DNA from: Adineta vaga
Taxonomy: Eukaryota > Animalia > Rotifera
Direction of reading: 5' to 3'
Assembly: GCA_021613535.1 (NCBI GenBank)
Contig: CP075497.1
Coordinates: 2,666,001-2,730,000 of the forward strand
Length of the DNA stretch: 64,000 nucleotides
This document shows, piece by piece, positions 26,301 to 41,504 of this stretch. A program made the position numbers and the translations under genes. Position 1 is the stretch's first letter. Every line of letters begins with the position of its first letter. The notes under the pieces are model-generated. The model ran no database searches. It was not told the origin of the DNA and saw only the letters and a list, made by a program, of their open reading frames with translations.

Positions 26301-29300
26301 AAGAGAGAAGAGAGAGAAAAGATTTCTTTTACTTGGATGAATAAACAAAATATTGTTGTAATTGAAGAATATAAACATTCGAATTAGTTAAACCTTGTCG
26401 AATTGGATTTTGCCAATAATCAACTAAACTTGCTTGTGCTAAAGTTCGACTAATTTTTCCAGTAAATGTTATTTGTTGAACATCACGTTGTTTAACTATA
26501 TTATTTGGAACGATATTTGATATATATGTCAATGGTATTTGAGAATAATATGGACCCGCAAATTGTGATGGTGATAGAATTAATGCTGATAAATATCTTC
26601 CATCAAGTTCTTGATCATTATAGAATAGAAATGCATAAATTCTTTGAATTGTTGCTAATGAACTTGTATTTAAATATGTATCTTCCAATAAAACTTTCAC
26701 GTTATTACTTGTAATTGAACCTTTTCAAAGAAAATAAAACGACTGAAAAATTAGAAAAGATTAGATTTACTTTGTTGATTATATGTGGCTAGAATTAATC
26801 GTTGTAAATATTCTCGATCATTTATTGTTAAAGAATTGGAATAGAAATAAGAATATGCTTTGGATAAACGATAAATACGAGTTAAGATTCGTTGCATTTG
26901 AACAGAGATTAAAATTTGATATAATTGATTATTTAATTGTAAGGGACTGTCAAGCCAAGTTCCATTTTGATGTTGAATATAAATATTCGGTAAACGGTAG
27001 ATTTGTCTAAGAGAAGAATTGAATTTTAGAAATAAAAATCGAGATTCTTACCCGAGATTATCAACAGCTTCTTCAACACCAAAGATCGTCATATTCATCG
27101 TGTAGATTCCAGCTTGTTGTAAGGCATTATTTAATCGTCTTTGAAGTCTAAATAAGAGAATGAAATAAATTTCAAAGAAGATGGTTTTTTTTTATAAAAA
27201 TTTACATTTGTGGAATTGGACAGGATATATGAAAATCTTGAATACTATTTTGATATGGAATAATTTGTGTTTGATTTGAACATAGTAATTGATTATTTGC
27301 TTGAGTAATTGTTGAGAGTAAGATTGGATTTATTGTTAAATTAGTTGCTAAAGTTTGATTGTAAGTCATTCCATTGATCGTTATTAGAAAATATGCAGTA
27401 TTTGCCGGTTGACTAGAAATACAAAAAAAAAGCGTTTTGCTTTTTCCTCAAAATGAGAGGAAGAAGAAATTTCAAATTACCCTGTCGATGTTACACCAGC
27501 TTGAACACCTTTTAACATAACGACCACATTTGATTGTCCTATGAAAGAAACATTCATATCAATATTGATTTCTCGAAAAAATTTACCCGTAGCCGCTGAA
27601 ACTGCATTTGCAATTAAATTTGTCCATAATGATATTTCATTGAATGGAATACATAATTTCAATGGTAAGAGAATATTTAATGATATATAAGGTGTACATT
27701 GTTGATAAATTCGATAATTTACACTATTGAGAATATCATTTACTGACGCTAATGGTTCAATATTGGAACCCAAAACAGTTGATGAACCACTGGTAATTAT
27801 AAATCGTATTCGAGTCATTAAATCACCGGATATTGTCGCAAAATGTTCTACTCTTAATGGAATTGCAACATAACTTTCTATAATAACAAATCACATATTC
27901 AGAATGAAGTATTATCTTAAAAAATGTTTACGTGTTGAGAGAAGTGATATTCGATGTGCTGTATAGTATGCTGAGATTGTTTGCATTAATAATTGAACAT
28001 TTCCATCATTAATCGAAGGAAAATAACCACATATATCAATAATATACGGATCAACTGAACCAGTTGGATTACCAATAGCTCCACACATTGCGGCATATTG
28101 TGCAGCTGTTGGTTGTTGAATGACAACATTGGATGGAATAGTTGAAAAGATTGTATAATTGAAATTATAGATAATAACTTGAGTTCTAAATATAGAAAAA
28201 GAAAGAATGAAATGATTGAACGAGATTTTGTATACTGATTTTGATATCCATATTGTTGTGATGTTTGAAGAATTGCTCGAGTTTGATTATCTAATGGAAG
28301 ACGTGTGGCGGATATTTTACAAAGTGTCGAATACGTTTGTGAAGAAGAACCAGTGGTTAATTGTCGATTGGTTAATTGAGCAAAGGAATAAAAAATTGAT
28401 TGACCAACTAAATCAAAGAGAGAAACATTTTTCTAAAATTATTATCCAATTTTTCTTTCTCATACCAGATGAAGTGATTCCAAATTGTGTCAATATTGAT
28501 GAATCAATATCTATACGTGTATTATTATTTGATAATAACCATTGCCATCGATTTAATGTAGTACTGTATATTCCACTTGTCCAAAAATCTAAATAAAAAT
28601 CTTTGTTTGTTCTTTTAGATAAAAAAATGAATAAATAGGAAAACCTCGAGCTAAACCACGAGCAAATAATGCTGGAATTAATTGTTGTTGTATTTCATCT
28701 ATTGATTGAAACCAAACAAGTTGTGCAGATTTATCACTACAATCTTGAAGCGCATTTATTTGACTAACAAGTGATGACTGTTGATTGATTTGATAACAAT
28801 ATGGATAGAATGTTGTTGGACTAACCAATGTAAATGGAGTACTACAAACTAAGAAAAAATATATCTGTTAAGAAATTGATTAATTCTATGATTGAGTTAT
28901 TTACCGAGTATAACATTTAAACTATTCCAAACTTGATCAATACATTGTAAAATAAGTTCCCATGATGAACCTAAATATTCATTTTTGTCAACAATGTTTT
29001 ACTTATATATTTTTATTAATAGAATACCTCCAGGTCGATCAACTGGAATGACAATTTGTCCTGGATAGGTCGTATTTACTGGTGTAATTGGTGTTTGACA
29101 AAGATTTCCAGTAAATGTTGATGGACATAAACATGTACATCGACATCCTGTTGCATTTAGTATACGTGTACCATTATTTTGACATAATGACAACGAACAA
29201 ATATCAAATGGTGTTTCACAACGTGATCCTTTGTGTTTTGTGAAAAGAAAAATTCTTTTTATTTTGTACAGATGACAAACATTTACTTACCAGTAAAACC

Positions 29301-32300
29301 GCATGGACATTGACATCGTAATGCACTATCTTGAATCAAACATGTGCCTGCATTAAAACAACTATCACTCCTGCAAAGCGGAGTATTACAATTTGTACCT
29401 GAAAAAAAAATCTTTTCTTTTACAGAATCAATTCATAGATTAGTTCATTACCAGTAAATCCTGTTGCACATATACATGTATAGAATCCATTACCTAAACT
29501 TATACAACTGCCACCATTGAGACCTAGAAATAATTCATGTCACCAATACAATGAAATGACATTGAATTGACTTACATGGATTTGATGAACAAACATTATA
29601 TGGTACTTCACAAGATGCTCGTAGCATTGCCTTGCTAACGGCTGCTCGACTAGCTTCATCATTCTGATTCGTATAACTAGTTTCACATATACATACGAAT
29701 GAAGTCGAATTCCTGTTCTGACATATTCCTTGAACACATGGATTTGAGCCACAAGGTGAAAGAATCTCACAACTGAAAATAAAAGAACTTCTATATCACT
29801 AAAAGCTTTTGAATTTCTTTCGAAACATACTAAACACCATATCGTTCAGGTGGACATTGACAAATTTGAAGACCCGTTATTGGATTGATAATGCAAGTAG
29901 AATTGCCTTGACAAGGATTAACCGGACAGTAGATTATCTGTTGAGAACATGTTAAACCAGTATATCTTGGTGGACATATGCAAGTATAATTTGTTAATGA
30001 TAATGTTAAACAAGTTGCATTATTTAAACATGGATTCGAAGCACATGGTAATGAAGGTATATCACAATTAATTCCAGTTAATAATGGTGGACAAAAACAT
30101 TGATAACCACCGTTAGCAAGACTAGTACATGTACCTGTTCGACATGGATTTGATGAACAACCAAGGGATGTAATTTCACAACGAGAACCTACAAAAGTAA
30201 AAGTTTTGAAGAAAAGACTTCCTTTGTCATTTCAACCTTACCAGTATATAATGTTGGACAAATGCATTGCCAAAATGGATAAGTTCCCATCGATGCACAA
30301 GTACCACCGTTGATACAAGGCAATGCTCGACATGGTTCATAAATTTCACAATTTGTTCCAAAGAAACCCGAATTACAAAAACAAATATATGATCCATAAG
30401 AATTGATACATCGTCCTCCATTAGCACAGATTCCCGGAATCGTTGTACATTCATTGATATCTGCACATCTAAATAGTAAAATATCGCAATATTTTAATAA
30501 TTCAATTCTATTCATTATCATTATACATACACGCCCATCATATATTGAAATCCAACTGGACAATTACATGTATAAGAATAGTTTCCATTTGCAATACAAT
30601 TACCAGTTAAACAAGGATTTGTTTGACAAACATTTATTTGACATAATGCGCCTGTATATGCATAGGGACATTGGCATTGACATGTGATTGGTGATGTTAC
30701 CAATGATGTACCAATAGCACATGGATAATAGGAACAAGGATTTAGTTGTGTTTCACAATAACTACCATTATAACCTGCAGGACAAGCACAGGTAAACGTT
30801 AATGGACCAGTTCGTACACATGTTGCACCATTTCGACATGGACACGATTGACATGGATCGTATGTAGTTGCACATGTTGTACCATTAAAACCAGCAGCAC
30901 AAATACATGTATAATTAAAATAGATGGGTGATGAAACACATTGTGATAAGGGTCCACGACATGGATAACTTACACAAGGATCACATGCCAATTGACAATT
31001 AACACCATAGAATGGCCATGGACATTGACATATATAATAGTTTGATGTAGGTTCCAGACATGTACCACCATTAAGACATGGACGACTTAAACATACACTT
31101 ACACTAGTATTCGTTAAGGTACAATTTTGTCCAGTTGCACCAGGTGAACATATACAACGATAACCATACACTCCATCTAATATACATTGACCATAGATAC
31201 AAGGAGATGGTGAACATGGATTGACTGGTATTTCACAACGTGTACCAACATAACCTTGATAACAATCACATACATAACTATTGTTTGCATCGATTGCTCG
31301 ACATCGTCCATATAGACAAGGACATGATGTACAAGCACCATCCGATACACGTGTATCACAACGAAGTCCAGTATAACCAATTGGACATGTACAATTAGCT
31401 AAACCAGCTCCAAGATAATTACATGTACCTCGAACACAATAGGAACTATTTCCAATCGTTGTTAAACATAAATTGATTGGTGACTGACACAAATAACCTG
31501 TATAACCACTGGAACATAAACATGTACAATTCGTTGTACTAGATATAATAGGTATTCCATTACCACAGGTTAATGATGAACAATTACTAATTAACGTTTG
31601 ACAAATAATACCACTATACATTGATGAACAGAGACAAGTGAAAGATGTCGTTTGTGGAATACAAATACCTTGATTAAGACATGGATTCGATGAACACCAA
31701 TTAGTACTTGATTCACAACGAAGACCACCGTAACCTAATGAACATGAACATTGATAACCAAGACCATTTGATATGGTTGAACATGTACCATTGTTTAAAC
31801 ATGGACTAGATAAACATGGTTGATTAAGAGTTGTACAATTAGCATCAGAATAGCCTTGTTGACAAATACATTGATAACCATTCAATGTTTCATAACAAAG
31901 ACCATTATTTTTACATGGCATTTGTGTACAAAATAGATCTCTTAATTGACAAAATGAACCACGATAGGTTGCTAAGCATGAACAATTCAATAAACCTGGA
32001 CCAATATCATTACATATTCCACCATTTAAACATGGAGATGATTGACATGCTTGAACACGTACTGTACATGTTGTACCTTGAAATCCATATGGACATTGAC
32101 AAATATAAGAACTAATTTGATTAATACATGTTCCATTATTAAAACATGGATTTAATGTACATGAATTAATTGGTGATTCACATCGTTGACCAGTATAACC
32201 CGGAAAACAATAACATTGATAAGAATTTATCGATGGTATACATGTACCATTGATACATGGTGTAGTTGAACAAGTATTGATTGTATTCTGACAAACAGTA

Positions 32301-35300
32301 CCTGTATAACCAGATTTACATGAACAAACACCGCCGGATGAACTTGTTCGAATACATGTACCATTATTTAAACAAGAAATAGATGCACACGGATCAAGCA
32401 TTGATTCACAGTTAGTACCAGAATAACCTTTTAATATGAATTTGAAAAAAATCAAAATCAAATCAATTATCTTGAATTTCTACTTACCAGTTGGACAAAG
32501 ACATCGATAACTATTCAATATTGGTTGTAAACAAATACCAGCATTTTGGCATGGTGATGATGAACATTCATTGATATCAATTTCACAACGATTACCTGTT
32601 AAACCAGCTAGACATGTACATCGATAACCTGTACTTGTTATGCTACATGTACCATTATTAAGACAAGGACCTGAACTACATTGATAACCGCCTTGTTGAC
32701 ATTGTGTACCTGAATATCCAGTTAGACAGGTACAAGTAAATGCATTGATCATATCTGTACATGTACCATTATTTAAACAAGGTAAACTTCCACATTCATT
32801 GATATCTGTTTGACAATTGAAACCTGTATAACCAGGAGTACAAAGACAATAGTAATAACCCGCTGTAACTTCTCGACATGTACCAAATCGACATGGATTT
32901 GCTGTACATGCATTAATAGTTAATTCACATCGAGGACCTGTATAACCATATGGACAAGAACATTGAAAACCAGTACTTGCTACAATAGTACATGTACCAT
33001 TATATCTAATTGAGAAAAACAACAATGAAGAAATGGATAAGATAGTCTTCGGGGTTTTGTTTTGTTTTCTGAAAGTTAACTTACAAACAAGGACTACTTA
33101 AACATGGTTGAGTGATACTTTGTTCACAATTAATTCCTTGAAAACCGGTTACACATCGACATTGATAACCATTGGTTAACAATGTACATGTACCATTATT
33201 TAAACATGGAGCACTTAGACAGAAATTGACATCATTCTATAGGACAGAAATAAAAATGACATGACGAAAAACATTCTCAGTACATACTTCACATAGAACA
33301 CCTTCACCTCCTGAATAACAGCTACAGATGAATCCATTGACTCGATCAATACATTGACCACGTCGACATGGTTGTGTTGCACAATCATCAATATCAATTT
33401 CACACATATCACCTGTAAAACCAGGTAAACATTGACATGTATAACCATGAGGTTTAACATCATAATTAACTAGACAAGTCGCATTATTTGCACATGTTTT
33501 TGAATTTAAACATGGATTTATTTGTTCGGTACATGTTATTCCAGAAAACCATGCAGGACACAAACAAACAAAACGATCAAGTCCATCAATACATGTTGCA
33601 TTCGATTGACAAGGATTTGAAGCACATTTATTAATTTGTACTTCACAACGAACACCTGTATAAGATGATGATGGACATATACAATCATAACCATTCAGTC
33701 GATTTTGACAAAGACCATTTATACATGGTGAACTCAAACAATAATCAACTAATAAATGACAATTCGATCCTGTATAACCAGGTAAACATTGACATGTATA
33801 ATTCCATACTTTATCGATGCATGTTCCATTATTTAAACATGGATTTAATAAACATTCATTGGATTTATTTTCACATTGTAGACCAAGATAATCATCAAGA
33901 CAGATACATCGATAACCATTTAAAAGTGATATACATAAACCATTATTTAAACATGGATTACTTAAACAATAATTGATTACTGTTGAACATCTTGTTCCCT
34001 AGAAAATACATTTAAAAATTATATATACGATTCATTACTATATTTATACTTACATTGTATCCTTCTAGACAATCACATTTGTATCCATTGATTAATGTTC
34101 GACATATGCCGCCATTTAAACAAGGATTCGATTGACAATAATCAATTTGAATTTCACAATAGAAACCCGTAAAACCTATGAAAAAAAGTCTTTTTCCTCA
34201 AACAAGACAGTTATGTTGATTTTTGTGATACTACCTGGATTACAAATACAAGAGAAATTATTGAAAAGATCAATACATCGTCCAGAATTAAGACATGGAT
34301 TGACTGGTTCACATTCATTTCGTTCTGTTTCACATTGTGTACCTAAACGATGAAGAAAAAAAGAATGAAATTTTTGATTGAATAAAAAAAACACATTTTA
34401 TATACCGATAAGACCACTTGGACATAGGCAAACATATTGATTAATCAATGATTTACATGTACCATTATTTTGACAAGGTTGTGATTGACATTGATCAATG
34501 ATTGTTTCACAAAATAAACCTGTAATTCCATTTGGACAAGAACATTGTGGACCAAGATCAGTATTTGAACATATACCTCCGTTTTGACACTGAAAAAAAA
34601 ACAAAGAAGTCATATCATCTATTACTTCATAATCAAACAATCAATTTCTTACTGGTTGTGATTGACAATAATCTACAAGCAGTTCACAATTATCTCCCTG
34701 ATATCCCTGTGCACATAAACACATCAATGCCGTTCCATTTCGTATACATTTACCGCCATTTAAACATTCAAAACCTGTACATTGATCTTGCAAACGTAGA
34801 CAATTGGTTCCACTGTAAACAGGTGGGCAAAGACATTGATAACCATTAATTAAATCCACACATGTTCCACCATTCAAACACTAAAGATTGAAAAACTTTG
34901 TTATGTTTTTTCTTTAATTTTAATAAACAAATCTTACTGGTTGTGATAAACATTCATTGATATTAACTTCACAATAACGACCTGTATAACCTGATTTACA
35001 TGAACATGTAAATGATCCGACTGATGTTTGTAAACATTGTTGTACTCCATCGATTGAACATGGATTTGTTAAACATAAATTTATTATTTGTGTACATTGT
35101 GAACCTGTATAACCTGGCGCACAACAACACGTATAATTCGTTCCTAAACGCATACATGTACTATTGGGACCACATGGTGATGGTAAACATGAATCAATTG
35201 ATGCATCACAATTCGGACCTGAATAACCATAATCACACAAACATCCATAGGCTGAACCAGTTGTTGAATTGGAAATGCATGTTCCATGAATACATGGATT

Positions 35301-38300
35301 ACTTGCACATGAACTGAGTGGTTGTTCACAACGTAAACCTGTATAAAGTGGTGGACAAACACAAACATAACCTATACCATTGGTTGTCAATGAATCACGA
35401 CATGTACCACCATTTAAACATGGAAAACTCAGACATTGTGTAATGATGGTTTCACATCTCATACCTGTATAAACTGTTGGACAGGAACATAGGAAACTAT
35501 TTACTTGATCAATACATGTTCCATTATTAAGACAAGGACCTGATTGACAATCATCAATATTTATTTCACAATAAACACCTGTAAAACCGACTTGACATCG
35601 ACATGTCAGATTTCCACCATAGTTATAAATACAAATACCATTATTTCGACATGGATTAACTGCACATAAATCAATCGGTGTATAACAATTCGCACCAGTT
35701 AACCATGATGGACAAATACATCTATATGAACCATTGTTATTGATACATGTTGCATTTGGATGACAAATCGATGGAGTAAGACATTCATTTATATCTACAT
35801 CACAATATGTTCCTGTCCAACCAGAAGGACAGATACATGCCAAAGAAACAACATTATTGACACATGTACCTTAAGAAAAGAAAAAAAAATAGAACGTATT
35901 AATAAAATAAGAATCGATATTTACCATTATTTCGACAAGGTACATTTGAACATCCATTAAGTGTATATTCACAATTAGTACCAGTATAACCAGTTAAGCA
36001 AATACAGCGATATTGATTGATACCATCAATACATACACCTGCATTTAAACATGGATTTGATAAACATTCATTAATACCATCTTTACATTGTAAACCAGTC
36101 CAGCCAGGTTCACATGCACAAGTCCACATATTAGCAGATACAACACACGTACCAAATGAACATGGACCACTATCGCACGGACTTAGAACAGTTTCACAAC
36201 GCGTTCCTAAATAAACCACAAATGAATAGGTCACAAAAAAAACACAGATTGATCGTTCATTCAAATTACCAGTATGACCTGGTTGACATGTACATCCATA
36301 ACCATAATTGGTACCATTTGCTGTCAGTTGGCATGATATAGAACCAGATGCCACACATGGATTACTTGAACATGGATCAATAAGAATACTACAATCACTT
36401 CCTTGATATCTTCCATCACATTGACATATATATCCATTAACTGTATTAATGCATGTACCACCGTTTCGACAGGGTGTTGCTACTGATGAACAAGACGTTG
36501 CCGTTTGTGCACAAGTTAAACCTTTACATAAATATCCTATTTATTTCGTTTCTGACTCATTTCATTTTCTTACCTGAAAAACCAGCTCGACAAGAGCATG
36601 TATATGTTAGATTATTATTATTCGTGCAAATTAATGTATTATTTGCTACACATGGTTGAGAAAGACATGGATTCAATGCAATTGCACATGTTAGACCTGT
36701 ATAAGTCGTTTGACAAATACATGTGAAGCCTATTGCTGTGGCAATACATAAGCCATTATTCAAACATGGTTGTGATCGACAATAATCATTTTGAGTATCA
36801 CATAATTGGCCCGTAAAACCTAAACAATAACAATAATAAAATTACGCAAATCAATTTCACATATATACTTGTAGGACATTGACAATAGAATGAATAATTT
36901 GCAAGTAGAAAGCATTGACCACCATTTCGACAAGGTGAATAATCACAAGGATTTAAGGTTGTTTCACAATATAATCCTGTGAAATACGTTGAACATTGAC
37001 ATTGAAATCCCGTACTTGTTAATACACAAAAACCATTATTTCGACATGGATTACTTGAACATGCACTAATTGGTGTTTCACATAGACGACCTTCATTCAA
37101 ATTACATATTATATCGAATCTTTCATTTCTAACTCTAATTCTACTTACCCGTATAAGTTGATGGACAACAGCATGAACCGTTAAAACAAGAGCCACCATT
37201 GACACAACCAGATGCAACGGGACATTCGGGATCAATGTACGACGAAAGATTTTTCAATAGACACGAATTCGCTGGATACCAAGTTGATAAACATGTTCGT
37301 ACACCATTTGTATCACATGTAAAATGACCTTCACTACATGAATTTGGTGCATAACATTGAACAGTACAATTTGGACCATAGAATCCCACAGGACATTGTT
37401 GTCTTTGTTGACAATACAATCCTGAATATCTAAATTTTCATATCAACAAACATTATTATTTTTCTCACGAATTAAATCGATAATTGATTAACATACCCAG
37501 CTGCACAAGTACATACATAATAAGAGGTACGTAAAAATGGATCATATGCAGCATTACATACACCACCATTGAAACAAGTGATATTGACCGTACATGTTGA
37601 TAAATATTGGCAATTTAAACCGGTAAAACCTGCGATATTTTTTAAATAGAAAGAAGAAAAACAAGCAAATATAAAACTCACCAAGTGAACAACAACATGT
37701 TGCTTGATTTGTACTATTAAATACTCGACAAAAACCACCATTATTACATGTTACTCCTTTAGACAAAATAAAAAGACAATATTAATAAAGCATTTTTTTG
37801 TTTTTAACAAATTTCCTTTACCAGATGATGTACAAGCCGGTTGAATATATGAGGAATCTCGTATTGCACATTCTGTTCCAAGCCAACCTTGTGAGCAAAT
37901 TTTTGCACCTGTAGTTGCATTACACGTGTATGAACTTGTACAATCATCATTTGGAATACAACGAACAGAACATAGAGTTCCGTAATATGTTGGTTGACAA
38001 TAACTTTTCAATCCAATGCTCAAACTAAATATCAATATGAAATTTTATGTTTATAATATTGAAATTTCGTTTACTTGTTCAAATCTGTTCCATTTCGTGA
38101 TGCTTCATAAAGTATTTGAGTAAGAAATGTGCCCGTTGTTGATGATGGCGATGATGAATCCGTTCGAAATACGGTATAAAAACGACTTAATAATGTATTT
38201 TGATTGATCAAAGAAAGATTTCCAATTCGTATATAATCATAAAAGATAAAGATTTTGATAATCATTGTATTCTAATCAATCACAAACAAATGAAAGTTAT

Positions 38301-38950
38301 TTCTTTTGATGAAATTCAAATTCTCACTTACATCAGATAATGATATTAATGGAAATTGAAGAGGTAAAACTGGTGCTACATCAGATAACGAATGAAAATT
38401 TACAGAACCGGTATTATTTATTATTGTTCGAAATGCTCTCGATCCTAATGGACAAAACGTCCAATTGGTTAGTAATCCACTAAAACAAAAACAAAGTACA
38501 GATAAAATCTTATAAATTAAAATATACCTGTAGACAAAATCTAAGCAGACAATTGTATATAGATTACATGTTGACATTGCACAATTCCCTAAGAAACCTG
38601 TTCCATCACAACATTGACCAGCAACAGTTATACGAGATAGAATATTAAATTGTGTTAAATCAACGAGTAGTGCAGAAGGTGTTTCTTGACAATTGATCTA
38701 TGTATATGAGAAAGAGAGAAAGAAATGCTGTTTCTTTTATTCAAAATGTGCACATTTAGTTCTCATCAATGAACTAGTGATGCGTATATTGTGAATAACT
38801 ATTCCCAAAACTTTCATGTCTTATGTCTTCTACTCAAATTTACAAATGTATGTGAGTGAAAGATTTATGTTCATTTACCTGTTGATTATTGAATAATAAT
38901 AAAAATAATAAGAACAATATGTTTGTAGGAGAGAAATATGTGTTGTACAT
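23366..38950 (-). CDS. Giant type I membrane Notch-ligand-like protein: signal, C2/MNNL, DSL, EGFs, second DSL, about 60 or more EGF repeats, C-type lectin, SEA-like repeats, TM, cytoplasmic tail
   Basis: Signal [20 protein letters not shown]; MNNL-like GQCCDG..C....C.LYTIVCL..CPLG..PLQFPL; [39 protein letters not shown]; second [30 protein letters not shown]; many C-x4-C-LNGG-x-C EGF and DINEC cbEGF repeats; CTLD (CYQ..ALQDC..AQLV..FWTSG..WQW); [27 protein letters not shown]; ends SEDSF*. Confidence 0.85.
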
Positions 38951-39284
38951 AGTTAATCTAGAAGAACAGAATGAATCGATTTAATTGAAATCATTAAGAG
39001 ATGAGACAGAAATTGAATCTGTTTATTATGTCGTGCTAAAAGTTATTCGATCGGTATTAAAATGAGAGCAGCAACAACGACGAAATAACACCTACACATT
39101 TCTTTTATTATCCGATGAGATTGTATTTATGAGTTAGTAAGTAATGGCTAAAGTATATATTCATTGTATGAATAAACGATAAAATGAAAGAAAGAGATGG
39201 TATCGTGTGTGTCAGATCATTAGTATACCAATAAGTTGGTTTTTGATTGTATATAAATGGTTTTCTCTTTCACCTACCTAAAAG

Positions 39285-39470
39285 ATTTCTCTTTCTTCTC
39301 CTTTTCTTTCTATAATAATGACAATTTTGTTTATATTCTTTCTCTCTACTCTATTGAACTTTTATCCCTTTTCTCTTTCTCTCTCTCTCTCTTCCTTTCA
39401 TTGACTTCTACAATGACATATGTAAACGTTATTCTATTCTGTTCTGTGATTTCTCTCTCTACTCAGTGAC
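39285..39470. repeat. Pyrimidine/(CT)n-rich tract upstream of the DSL-EGF gene
   Basis: ttctctttctctctctctctcttcctttc and similar runs. Confidence 0.6.
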
Positions 39471-40116
39471 ATCTCACTCACACCTACTTACATACACATA
39501 CAATTCAAATGTGTCAATATATCTGAAATCTGAATGATTAATATAATCTCTTGTATATCTTAATTAGTTTTACTCTTGAACTATTTCCATACGTTCATAT
39601 CACTATGGAGTAACATTCACGATAAGCAACGAAGGAGAAAAAAAAAGTCAATTTCGATAAGGCCAAAAACAAAATTAACTTCATATTAGTCACCTATTCA
39701 TCCAAATGCATGACATATATCGTCTAATCGAGGAATAAATCGATGATCGATGTACATTAACTGATTGTTTCTGTTTACAGATGTAGGTGTCAATGAACAA
39801 ATGTCTACTTAAATCGAACACATCATTTTCTAATATTTCATCTGGATAGAATTACATTCGAACGCTTTTGTTCCTTTTGTAATTTAAGATTTTCAATTTT
39901 TTTTCTTTCATTTAAATTATTATAAAAAAATAAATGATTCTCTTTATAGAATCTCCGTTGTTAAATTTTAATAAAGAAAAAAAAAACACGGATAGACTAG
40001 TCTAATCATTTGTTTTTGTTATTTGTCAATTGATAAACATTAGAGAGAGAAAAAACGGAGTATATAAGATCACGTCTGTTTTTTTACATGAGAAATCATT
40101 TGAAGAAAATACTACA

Positions 40117-40835
40117 ATGCAGTGTGATACAAATACTGTCGATCAGTAAGTAAAAGAGATATATTAGAAAACGATGATTATCGATTATTCATATTACATT
40201 GTAGACAAATACAAAATGAACAGACTTCTGAACAATCAATGAATAATACTGCGAATTCTTTGTCAGTTGTGAAAGACTACGATCACATTTTACCATATAT
40301 AGTCAATGATACATTAGTTACATCGGCTAATCATACGTTTAAAGCAAGTCGAAGTTTAGTTCCTATCACTTTAAAACTTCGAAAATTCTTTGTCATTTCT
40401 GGCATTATTTACTTATTTTTTGGAGTATTTATAATTGGTTTAGAAACAGCAATTATTATGCATTCATCTTCAACATTCTATCGTGGTTTTGCTATCGGTT
40501 GTATGCTATTAACTGTCGGAATCAATCTACTTATTATTGGATTTTCCGTCTCTTATTCATTAACGTATGTCATTCGATTATTATATCTTCTCTTATGTGG
40601 TTGTTTACTTGGCCCTTTTATAACAGTGATCGATTTAGTTTTCATATCGTCATGTGTTGAAGATAAGTTACCTTTATGTCAAATGGAAACTGCAAAGACA
40701 TTAAAAATCATTCTTATGACTATGTGTACTATTGGTGGATTATATACTGGAATAATGATTAAAATTGTCAAGCATATTCAACAACAAGCGGCAAGTGGAT
40801 CACTTGCCACAAATACTACAAATTATTTGCCTTGA
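40117..40835 (+). CDS. Second four-TM MS4A/CD20-like protein, 2 exons
   Basis: TATA at 40061; ATG 40117, intron ~40146-40204 joins in frame; four TMs with GLETAII..STFYRGF and a C-x7-C loop; same pattern as the 15089 gene. Confidence 0.65.
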
Positions 40836-41504
40836 CTATCAACAGATTGTTTTCTGTGTACTGACAAGAAAAATATTTCATTGAAATGATCATTATCTTC
40901 ATTAGACTGTTGAACAACAGATTAATAATAAAATATTTTGAGATACTATTGATTTCCTTAAAAGAATATTTTTAATTTGTATTTACATAGAAAGTTATTT
41001 TCGTAAATATACTTGTTATTATCTTTGTACTGTAATTTAAGACAGACTTGACAGAAAAACATCATGTTCATTTAAAGACAATATGAAATTTATCTTCTCA
41101 TATTATTTTACCTATTCTGTTGTCAGCAATTCCTGACATTCAAACTCTATTATTTCCTTCCCGGATCACTATTAATAGTCACAATTCCAGCCATGATGAA
41201 ACCTTAATTCAAATTTCTGAATTTTAAAATGAATTGAACCAAAAAAAAAAGTTAAACACTCTTTCTTTCTCCATGAACTATTTTCAGCGATGTGACTAGT
41301 TACCAGGACTAATATATACTTCATTTTTTTGTTCAATTCTTAATTAATAAAAAAAAAGTATCTCTAATAGTTTTTACTAGATGCCTTCTTTTACAAATAT
41401 TCTCTCTTTTCGTTATCATTTAGATAGCTATTGTTGCTGTCTCTTTATTTTGACTAATATTTAACATATAGATCATAAGATAAGACAAGCAATTTAACTT
41501 GACA

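Noticed and set aside
29540-36660. Many short alternative-frame and antisense ORFs rich in M/H/V/N
   Set aside because: They are shadow frames of Cys-rich EGF codons.
23366-38950. Calling the EGF gene Notch, Crumbs or fibropellin
   Set aside because: No LNR, ankyrin, laminin-G, CUB or avidin domains are seen; the N-terminus is MNNL/DSL-like and the tail is short.
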